Part shown: piece by piece, positions 1 through 8,033 of the stretch
How positions within the stretch are numbered: position 1 is the first letter of the stretch
How the letters are laid out: each line of letters begins with the position of its first letter
Assembly: GCA_024275415.1 (NCBI GenBank)
Contig: JAJRZD010000105.1
Location: forward strand, 22,685 to 54,684
Source: an archaeon
GTDB taxonomy: Archaea > Asgardarchaeota > Thorarchaeia > Thorarchaeales > Thorarchaeaceae
Direction: 5' to 3'
DNA: 32,000 bases
Made by a program: the position numbers and the translations under genes
The notes under the pieces: generated by a model
The model's database searches: none
Seen by the model: only the letters and a program-made list of their open reading frames with translations
Told to the model about the DNA's origin: nothing

Positions 1-1065
1 TATGCATCCCACATTGTTATCTTTGCCATAATGATAGGCCTTGGTGAAGTCGTTCAGGCATATCTCTTCACCACAAATCCTACTGTATTCGATGGCACTT
101 TCGGGACAGCACTCATGTTGGGGTTGAGCTATATCTCATTGTTCCTTCTCCTTGACTTTTTCTTACTTCTTGCAAGTATGCTAGGAGGCAAGACCGATAT
201 GGAAACCCTTGCATGTGGTTCATTGACAATCTGGTTGGTCATCATCATCATGAAAGCAAACTTTGGAGTCTGGACGGTAGGGTACTGGGTGGCTGAGGGA
301 GTTCTTGCAGCTTCAGTTGCAGTCTTTCCAATCATCCTACTCTTTTACTATATCTCTGAGAACGAGCGCGCAACACTCATGGAATCTAACATGGCAATTT
401 ACTCACGATTTGTGACTGAACAGATACGATCACACCATCATGAGGCGATCAATAGTCTTGAAACGATGGTTCAAGAATCCGGTTTTGACGATAAACGACT
501 TGACTCTATCTCCAAGACACTACAAGAGGTTTCACTTGCCGAAGAGCTCACACGGAATATGTGTAGCGTATTGGAGAATGGCAGATTCGCAGAGGAGGCA
601 TTGGAACCACTAGATCTAGTAGATGCTATCATCATCGCAATGGAGCGATTGATACAGGATAAAGAATCACTGCCTCAAATAAAGATCAATCGTGAGAGAG
701 GGGCTTGCTACGTCATTGCGAATTCTCTTCTTATTGACACATTTGAGAAACTGCTTGAAGGAGTCAGTAGACATATTGGAATCATCAGGACGCTGGACAT
801 CTCCATCTCACAGGAAGCCTCCGATGTCCAACCATCTTGGCATACCACATTCACCATCGAGGCTGTCACACAGGACGTAAGGAAATCTGAGTTCCTGTTT
901 GAGAAATACACGCTGGGTGCCTGGGAAACAATACCCAGCTTTGCATTTACATATCGTCTTGTCAAGCTGTTCAATGGAAAAATATCAATCAGGAGCATCG
1001 TTGGTGCGTCCACCCAGCTATGGTTGGAGATAAAGGTACGCCTACCTTCAACCCCCTCTATCTGA
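1..1065 (+). CDS. Multi-pass membrane protein with degenerate histidine-kinase-like (HisKA/HATPase-like) C-terminus; 5'-truncated by window edge
   Basis: Frame is open from position 1 (YASHIVIFAIM...). Several hydrophobic helices are followed by a soluble region with HK-like spacing (FVTEQIRS; VIANSLLIDTFEKLL; YRLVKLFNGKISIRS...IKVRLP), but H, N and G box residues are not conserved. Confidence 0.6.
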   Translation, partial: YASHIVIFAIMIGLGEVVQAYLFTTNPTVFDGTFGTALMLGLSYISLFLLLDFFLLLASMLGGKTDMETLACGSLTIWLVIIIMKANFGVWTVGYWVAEGVLAASVAVFPIILLFYYISENERATLMESNMAIYSRFVTEQIRSHHHEAINSLETMVQESGFDDKRLDSISKTLQEVSLAEELTRNMCSVLENGRFAEEALEPLDLVDAIIIAMERLIQDKESLPQIKINRERGACYVIANSLLIDTFEKLLEGVSRHIGIIRTLDISISQEASDVQPSWHTTFTIEAVTQDVRKSEFLFEKYTLGAWETIPSFAFTYRLVKLFNGKISIRSIVGASTQLWLEIKVRLPSTPSI

Positions 1066-1110
1066 ATGACCTATTGGCAATACGGGTTGTGCGACAAGAA
1101 CGTATGACTT

Positions 1111-1863
1111 CTATGCCTTAGCTACAGCAATGGCCCTAAAGGTGGTGTCGCTCACAGGGTTGAATGTGAGGTTCTCGAAAGTACCCATGACCTCAAAGCT
1201 ACAGCGTTCAAGGATTGATGATATCTCTCGTGGAGTGAACGTGCGAAGTCGGTGTTCTTCCACAAACTCATCAACCAGTTCCTTACCTGAAATCACATAG
1301 CCGTGAAAGGTCAATGCAAGGACGTTGGTATCTGTTTCGAACTTGCCCTCGTCCAGCCGGATAACAGTGATGCCGTCTTTCTCGGCCTTGTGCCAAGAGC
1401 TTTTCCTACCTGTGACTCCCCTGGTGTTCCAGAATTCGAAGATGAACAAACCGCCGGACACGAGATGTTTCTTGATTCGCCCAAGGCTATTCTCTATGTC
1501 CCTGTCAGACTCGTTGTACCCGATCGAGCCAAAGAAACTGACAGCGGCATCGAAGGTTTCACCCATATCAAAGTCCCTCATGTCCGCAACGTAAAATGAT
1601 GGCACCCCCTGCACTCCTGATGACACTTTTGTCCGGGCCAGTCTGACCTGCTCCTCAGAGATATCGATTCCTACAACGTCATAGCCTTGGGCATGAAACT
1701 CAATCGCATGGCTTCCCGTTCCACATCCAATATCAAGGATCCGTCTAGGTTGGGTTTTGGAAAACCGTTCAAATATGCTCTTGACATACTCGCAATCGCT
1801 TTTGTGGTCATAGAACGAGTACATCACATCATACCATTTTGCCATCTTGTTGTAAATCGACAT
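1111..1863 (-). CDS. Class I SAM-dependent methyltransferase
   Basis: Motif I ILDIGCGTG, VVGIDIS, ADMRDF, GGLFIF. ATG at 1863 (MSIYNKMAKWYD) is preferred over the GTG at 1929; an AT-rich ATAAAA lies ~25-30 nt upstream. Confidence 0.9.
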   Translation of the reverse strand: MSIYNKMAKWYDVMYSFYDHKSDCEYVKSIFERFSKTQPRRILDIGCGTGSHAIEFHAQGYDVVGIDISEEQVRLARTKVSSGVQGVPSFYVADMRDFDMGETFDAAVSFFGSIGYNESDRDIENSLGRIKKHLVSGGLFIFEFWNTRGVTGRKSSWHKAEKDGITVIRLDEGKFETDTNVLALTFHGYVISGKELVDEFVEEHRLRTFTPREISSILERCSFEVMGTFENLTFNPVSDTTFRAIAVAKA

Positions 1864-1985
1864 GGCACATGGTTCTAGCAAGAGGCTTTTATCCTTTCCA
1901 TTGTTTTCTCCAGATGATTTATCAGTCACTAGTCTTTTCGTGGATGCAGCCGCGCTTGTGAAGAGAAACTCGAGGACCGACGTAG

Positions 1986-2543
1986 ATGTCTAACACAGTC
2001 AAGGCTTGGCAATTCAAAATAGTTCTAATTGGTGATACTGGAGTCGGAAAGACCTCTATTCACCGTCAGTACATGGGCAAGAAATTCAGGTCTGCTCATA
2101 TAGCGACAATCGGGGTCGATTTCTCAAAGTGCGTCCTCACCATGGAGGCTGGGAAGGTTTCACTTATGATCTGGGATCTCGCAGGAGAATACAGCTATGA
2201 AACCGTCCGGAGGCATTATTACTCTGGCTGCCATTCGATCATCCTAGTATATTCTGTAGTGGATCGTGCGTCCTTCGACAACACCTCGAAGTGGCTCATC
2301 GAGACCCTCAAGTACATGGACAAGCTCCCCCCCGTGCTGGTTCTAGCAAACAAGATTGACATTAGACCAGATCACAGCCCTTCAGATACCGTGTTACAAG
2401 AAGAAGGTGAGCGGTTTGCCAGAGTGCTAGCAAAGCGCCTTGATGTCCCTACGCTCTTCAAAGAAACCTCTGCACTTACCGGGGAGAATGTCGATGATGC
2501 ATTCAGGGAGCTAGCTGAGCTGATGATAGAATATCACACTTGA
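1986..2543 (+). CDS. Ras-superfamily small GTPase, Rab-like
   Basis: G1 GDTGVGKT, G2 TIGVDF, G3 WDLAG, G4 NKID, G5 ETSAL; no C-terminal prenylation cysteines. Confidence 0.93.
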   Translation: MSNTVKAWQFKIVLIGDTGVGKTSIHRQYMGKKFRSAHIATIGVDFSKCVLTMEAGKVSLMIWDLAGEYSYETVRRHYYSGCHSIILVYSVVDRASFDNTSKWLIETLKYMDKLPPVLVLANKIDIRPDHSPSDTVLQEEGERFARVLAKRLDVPTLFKETSALTGENVDDAFRELAELMIEYHT

Positions 2544-2556
2544 CCTGTAGGGCGGG

Positions 2557-3351
2557 CTAGTCCTCTCCCATCATTGGCAAAGAGAACCTCGAACTGAAGA
2601 TACCATTCTCCCGACATGCCTTGATGCACTTGCCACAGACATCCTTCACAAGCCCTTTCGATTTTAAGAATAGGATATAGCGCCTGCAATTCTCCCTGTA
2701 GTCAGTGAGTTTCTCTCGGTTTTTGATGAATGTACATGCGTCCTCGCACGCGGTACAAGAACCGCACCTTGATCCGACAGGTGTCCCATATTCAAGAGAG
2801 ACTGGAATAATGACGGACGCGAATCGCACGGCACAGCTGAACTTCTCGTGGATGATTAACTGGTTCTTTCCTCTCCATCCTAGCCCCGCCTGCTCCGCAA
2901 TTGCCCGATGTGATACTACCATGCCGAAGTAGTCTGACACATGACTCACCTCACCGATAATCCCCCCGATGGTCGCTGTCAGGGCAATCCCGTTGAAATG
3001 GTCTGCGATGGTACGGGACATCTAATTCAGTACTTGGTTTATCCTGTGGTACTCCAACGCGTATTCATTCCACACAACATAGTCCGGCATGCCGTCCTCT
3101 CTCTTGTCAATGACGGACGTAATAGGGTCTCTGTATGAAACCGCTATGCTCACTAGCGATCCCCTTGTCATGAACTCGTCAAAGCGTTTTCCTGATATTG
3201 TCTGCAACTTTTCCTTTTGGATAGGCATCAATGAATGAAACACATCGCGAAATCGAGAGGCCCCAATATCTCCTTCTTCATTGTATTCCTGTTTTAATTC
3301 GTCAAAGAGAGCAGCGAGTTCCCGCATATGGCGCTCTGTAGAGTCTTGCAT
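2557..3351 (-). pseudogene. Epoxyqueuosine reductase (QueG)/reductive dehalogenase-like 4Fe-4S protein interrupted by one in-frame TAG (3022..3024)
   Basis: ORFs 3022..3351 and 2557..3021 are in the same frame (…QVLN-TAG-MSRTIAD…). Motifs AEQAGLGWRGKNQL, CGSCTACEDAC, C...VCGKCIKAC. Confidence 0.75.
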
Positions 3352-3511
3352 TCCAGTGAACCATCCGCCAAATAGAATGTAATCTTGTCCGATAAAAGGA
3401 TGGAGGTCAGTAGTTGTTCCATGAAACTGGCAGGACTACAATTATCCTTTGAAAAACATATTCTGGATAATTCGACTTTGCCGTAACTATGTTTCAAGTC
3501 CCTGTGTATCG

Positions 3512-3540
3512 AAAATGGAAAAGAGGGGCATTGAGCCCCT
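3512..3540 (-). terminator. Intrinsic terminator-like hairpin downstream of pepF
   Basis: Minus strand AGGGGC-TCAAT-GCCCCT followed by CTTTTCCATTTT, 7 nt after the pepF stop. Confidence 0.6.
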
Positions 3541-3547
3541 GTTTGTT

Positions 3548-5329
3548 CTAGAGTGTATCTTTGAACATATCGACGAATTCTGAGAACTGATCGATGCCCT
3601 TCTGCCAGAAGTCTTCTTTGGTGATGTCAAACCCAATCTCAGCAGCTAACTGACGTGGACTTTTGCTTGAGCCAGCGGCAAGCAAATTCTTCAGTTTCGG
3701 CACGAAATCCTTCCCCTGTTCTTTGTAGAGCTTATACATTGCGAAAACGAACAGCTGGGCGTACACGTAAGGATAGTTATAGAAACGATAGTTGGGGATG
3801 TAGAAGTGAAGCTTCATGGTCCACCACCACTTGTCCTCGGGAATCCATTCCACAGCATCACCGAAGATACGATCCCGAGCCTCGACCCAGAGTTTGGAGA
3901 TGGCTTCCCCGTCAAGAAGCTTGTTCTTCTCAATTGCATCGTAGATTGATTGCTCGAAGAACACTCTCGCAGAAACCTGATATGCGGCGGCAACAAACTC
4001 ATCGAGCACGATTGCAAGGATCTCCTGTTTTCCCTCTTTGGACTCGACCTTCGAGAGCAATTTCTCAGTGAGCAGGAGCTCTCCGAAAATGGAGCCGGTT
4101 TCTGCCACGCAGCTTCCAATCTCATAATTCGATGGCTTTTGTGCTCTCGTGCCCAGATATGCATGCATAGCATGGCCAAGTTCATGTGCAGAGGTATAGA
4201 TGTCCCCAATTCGCTCATTGTAGCTTTGAAGGATGTATGCACTCTTCCCATTGAACCATGTAGAGCAGAATGCACCCGATCGCTTTCCCGAACGCACTTC
4301 AGCATCCAAATGCCGTTTATCGTACATCTCCTTTATCCAAGTGCCTACCTCGTAATCGAAGTCTGTGTACGCATTAACCACAAGTTCCTTTGCTTCATTC
4401 CAGTTCCATTTCTTATCTGGAACGTTAGGGAGCGGGGCGGATAGATCCCAGTTCCCAAGGATGTCCAGACCCATGACCTTTGCCTTGAGCTTCAGATAGT
4501 CGCGCACCATACCCACGTTCTTCTCAATCGTGTTCATGAGTGCCTGTATCGTTTCCTCATCTACATCATTGTCGATGAGGCTTTGTGTCATGGGACTATC
4601 CCACTTTCGCAGCTTGGTCATCTGGACATGGTCGGCATTGATGGCTTTGAGTGCGGATGACCACAAGAGATGATCCTTCCCCAATGTGCCAAAGACGACT
4701 TCCATCGCTCGTTTTCGGAGGTCTCTATTGGGGCTTTGATACAATCCCGTGATTTCACCATAGGACATTTCCTTCATCTCACCATCGACCTCTATCTTGA
4801 AGGTGCGTGTTGAAAGCCAATCATTGAACAGGTTCCACAATGCTTGGATCCCGTTGCGGTCTTTGATGATGATGATCTGTTCTTCCTCTTCACTCAGGAA
4901 ATGAGGGGATTTCCTCTGGATTCTCTCTAGATAATGCTTGTATTCAGCAACAGCACTGTCGTTTATGATATCGGGATTTTTCGTGAGGAGTTTGCCAAGC
5001 TCGATGTCAATGAAAGCTAGGTTCTGCCCCATCATCATGTATGATGTCTGGGAACGATCATATAGTTTCTTGTTGACATCAGTAGTATTGTCAGCCGAGT
5101 AGGACAGCGAAGCGTATTTGAAGGGGCCTTCGTACCTCAGTCTGAACTCGTCAATTGATTCCAAAAGATCCTTGATCTGTTGTGCATTGAATGACTCGAT
5201 CTTGCCCCGATACTTGTCCCGAAAACTCTCTGATTCTTTCACAGCGGCAGACATACGTTCTTCGATCCATGCAGGGTCGTCAAACTCCACTAGATGTGTT
5301 AAATCCCATCTCATTTCTTCAGTAGTCAT
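3548..5329 (-). CDS. pepF: Oligoendopeptidase F (M3B metallopeptidase)
   Basis: HExxH motif AHELGHAMH, GKRSGAFC, VAETGSIFGE, FYNYPYVYAQL; N-terminal RWDLTHL; 593 aa. Confidence 0.92.
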   Translation of the reverse strand: MTTEEMRWDLTHLVEFDDPAWIEERMSAAVKESESFRDKYRGKIESFNAQQIKDLLESIDEFRLRYEGPFKYASLSYSADNTTDVNKKLYDRSQTSYMMMGQNLAFIDIELGKLLTKNPDIINDSAVAEYKHYLERIQRKSPHFLSEEEEQIIIIKDRNGIQALWNLFNDWLSTRTFKIEVDGEMKEMSYGEITGLYQSPNRDLRKRAMEVVFGTLGKDHLLWSSALKAINADHVQMTKLRKWDSPMTQSLIDNDVDEETIQALMNTIEKNVGMVRDYLKLKAKVMGLDILGNWDLSAPLPNVPDKKWNWNEAKELVVNAYTDFDYEVGTWIKEMYDKRHLDAEVRSGKRSGAFCSTWFNGKSAYILQSYNERIGDIYTSAHELGHAMHAYLGTRAQKPSNYEIGSCVAETGSIFGELLLTEKLLSKVESKEGKQEILAIVLDEFVAAAYQVSARVFFEQSIYDAIEKNKLLDGEAISKLWVEARDRIFGDAVEWIPEDKWWWTMKLHFYIPNYRFYNYPYVYAQLFVFAMYKLYKEQGKDFVPKLKNLLAAGSSKSPRQLAAEIGFDITKEDFWQKGIDQFSEFVDMFKDTL

Positions 5330-5409
5330 CGTGAATCAACAATTGTGAACCTGATACTCTCCTTTATGAGTCCAACGGAATATGCCACGCTCACAAAGGC
5401 GGTCTAGTA

Positions 5410-6018
5410 TCAATCCGACAGACGCTTACGGGTGCTACGCTTCCGGCTCTTCTTGACTCCATATATACCAGCAGCGAAAATGACTCCAGCAATCGCCATC
5501 ACAATCAGACCTACCCATACGATGGGTGACTCAATGCTTGGTGTCACCACGAACGGTCCGACTAAATTCTCTGGAGACAGGGCTTGGAAGAATGCTATGT
5601 GTGTGGCATTCCTGTACGCACCAGACACCATGACAGCAAAGTAACATTCGGTTCCGCTGTCAGTGCTGGCGAAATTAAATTCGGAAGTGAAGTTGGCAAA
5701 GGTCACACCTGTTGTAATGGGTGTTCCAGACACCTCGTCAGCTGCCATCAAAATATAGTCTGACTGATCGGCTTCCACCTTGTTCAATATCACATCTATC
5801 CTCGTGATATTGACCTGTGTCATCTGGTCTATGAGTGGCTCAACGCTGATAGTGACGTTGACCTTCTCGTTAAATGGGGCTGTCCAAGGTGTATTAGCTT
5901 CAACTGTCACAAACACCCGGACACCGTCATCGCTGTAGGACACTGGTTCATACCGTATCGAAGACATCGGCACAGGCATGACCAACAGGATGAGGAAAAC
6001 CACCGATACCCGCTTCAT
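5410..6018 (-). CDS. Hypothetical secreted protein with C-terminal membrane anchor
   Basis: Likely start MKRVSVVFLILLVMPVP (signal peptide) at 6018. Beta-rich body with NVT/NIT/NFT/NAT sequons, C-terminal TM helix and basic tail (KKSRKRSTRKR). Confidence 0.75.
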   Translation of the reverse strand: MKRVSVVFLILLVMPVPMSSIRYEPVSYSDDGVRVFVTVEANTPWTAPFNEKVNVTISVEPLIDQMTQVNITRIDVILNKVEADQSDYILMAADEVSGTPITTGVTFANFTSEFNFASTDSGTECYFAVMVSGAYRNATHIAFFQALSPENLVGPFVVTPSIESPIVWVGLIVMAIAGVIFAAGIYGVKKSRKRSTRKRLSD

Positions 6019-6079
6019 ATGATTCACTCCGCACCTTCTCTCCCTATCATGCCTCTTAACTTTGTCTAATAAAGAAGAT

Positions 6080-7933
6080 CTACACGATTTCATTGAGCCA
6101 CGCAAGTACTCTTGTATATGCCCTGATCTTGTTCGACAGCCTCGAAAGCCCATGTCCCTCGTCTGAGAACCGCATCAATTCCACAGGGATGCCCTTCTTC
6201 TTCAGTGCTTCATAGATCTGGATAGACTCGGACAGGGGAACTCGCTCATCGTTATCGCCCTGGATGATGAAAAGGGGGCAGGTGATACGGTCAACTTTGT
6301 GAATCGGGCTGATGCGCTCCAGAGTCTCAATGTCTTGTTCCAAGCTCCCATACTCGTATTCTCGGTTGGATCGTCGCCATGCAGCCGTATTCTTCAGGAA
6401 CGTGACGAAGTTCGATATCCCGACGATATCAACTGCCGCTTTCCATAGTGTCGGGTACTCCGTGATGGCAGACAACACAGCAAACCCACCATAACTACCT
6501 CCATAGACCACGACCCGAGAGGAGTCGATGGCGTCATCACTAATCCGGATATGCTGATACAGCTGCTCTATGTCTCTTATGGCATCAAGCCTCTTCTCGA
6601 CGTTGTCCATGTCAAGATACGTCTTGCCGTACCCGGTACTGCCTCGGATATTTGGTGTTATCACCGCATAACCGGCATTGATGTAAAATTGGATGACTGG
6701 ATTAAATCCCGGACGTATCTGAGCCTCGGGCCCTCCATGGATCATAAAGACTGTAGGCCATCCCTTCTCAGGCATCTTGCCCTTTGGACAGTACTTGAAG
6801 TAGGGTACGCTTAGCCCATCGAAGCTACTGAACCGGCTTAGTGATGCCTTTGCAAACATACTCGTGTTCAGACTAGCCATCTGTACGTTGGTCGCTTTCC
6901 ATGTGTTCATGGTCTGAGTATTGATAATCCAGATGTTCGCAGGCTCAACCGAGGAGCTGAGCGATATCGCCAGCTTTTTTCCGTCAGGCGAGAGAGCCAT
7001 CCCCCTCGTATAGGTACGATGATCACCGGAACCAATCACACCTTCCATGGGCAACCGGATTTCCTCGACATCCTTCATGGAGTCCTGAGTGAAACGAGCA
7101 CGGTAGACACGGTTATAGCCTTCTTCGTTCACCGAATAATAGACATATTGAGTACCTTTTGAAGTAGCTGTGTGTTCATACGGATATCTGGTAGTTCTCT
7201 CGATTTCCTCAAATGTGCCGAACTCGCCTTTCAGTGATAATGAGGTAAGCCTCATATAGTCAGAACGATGATCTGTTCTCACTAAGATGTGGTCATCATC
7301 GATGAACCCTACGGGTAGCCAACGAGAATCACGTTCGTTGAGGGACTCCGTGATTGGAGTTGTCGTGCCATCATTGAGATCGAACAGGAGCAGATTGTGT
7401 CTGGCATTCCCTTGCATATGGTGGATTATGGCGACCGACTTGTCCTTCGATACCTCAAGGATTGCCATACGCCCCTTTGTGGTCTTCAAGATGAGCTCGG
7501 GATCATTGTTCAGGATAGGTAATTTATGTCGATATATGTCCAGCCTTGACTTGTCTTCAATATTAGCGTTGTAATAGACTGCGTCATCATCGATAAACGT
7601 CGGGATATGCTTGGCTTTCTCGTCATCTGTTATCCAAGAAAGGTGTCCCTTAGTGTCGATGTGTCCTATCTGAAAGTTCTCATTGCCCTCGAAATCTCTG
7701 GTAAAGATAATGCTACCATCTGAAAGGTATCTTGGGTTAGTGCAACGATCCCGTTCATATGTCAATCTGTCTGGCCAGATAGACCTTCCTTCGTCCACGT
7801 ATGAATGATAGACCTGAAAATTCCCGGGCGCATCATATACGAACACAAACTCAGAGCTGTTGGGATGCCATGATGCCCCTCCTGCAGATTCAACAGCAAG
7901 GAAGCGTTCAGGTCCTATTTCGGTGCCGGACAT
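6080..7933 (-). CDS. S9 family serine peptidase (acylaminoacyl/dipeptidyl peptidase-like)
   Basis: Nucleophile GGSYGG, HGGPE, acid QGDNDERV, His DEGHG; N-terminal beta-propeller-like region (ALSPDGKKLA). Confidence 0.92.
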   Translation of the reverse strand: MSGTEIGPERFLAVESAGGASWHPNSSEFVFVYDAPGNFQVYHSYVDEGRSIWPDRLTYERDRCTNPRYLSDGSIIFTRDFEGNENFQIGHIDTKGHLSWITDDEKAKHIPTFIDDDAVYYNANIEDKSRLDIYRHKLPILNNDPELILKTTKGRMAILEVSKDKSVAIIHHMQGNARHNLLLFDLNDGTTTPITESLNERDSRWLPVGFIDDDHILVRTDHRSDYMRLTSLSLKGEFGTFEEIERTTRYPYEHTATSKGTQYVYYSVNEEGYNRVYRARFTQDSMKDVEEIRLPMEGVIGSGDHRTYTRGMALSPDGKKLAISLSSSVEPANIWIINTQTMNTWKATNVQMASLNTSMFAKASLSRFSSFDGLSVPYFKYCPKGKMPEKGWPTVFMIHGGPEAQIRPGFNPVIQFYINAGYAVITPNIRGSTGYGKTYLDMDNVEKRLDAIRDIEQLYQHIRISDDAIDSSRVVVYGGSYGGFAVLSAITEYPTLWKAAVDIVGISNFVTFLKNTAAWRRSNREYEYGSLEQDIETLERISPIHKVDRITCPLFIIQGDNDERVPLSESIQIYEALKKKGIPVELMRFSDEGHGLSRLSNKIRAYTRVLAWLNEIV

Positions 7934-8033
7934 AACATTTCAAGACAATTAGTAGGGTATATCACTTTGTCCATCTAGGCGATGTGTCATTTATGCTGGT
8001 GGTGTGTGACTGAAATAGGGGGTTGAGCAGTTG

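Noticed and set aside
3294-3497. 67-aa ORF upstream of the QueG-like gene as a further fragment
   Set aside because: It is in a different frame, overlaps the likely promoter region and shows no family similarity.
5410-6153. Extended N-termini from the ORF track (6153, 1929, 23893, 31998)
   Set aside because: The extensions overlap neighbouring genes or precede the recognisable family start; downstream ATGs fit better.
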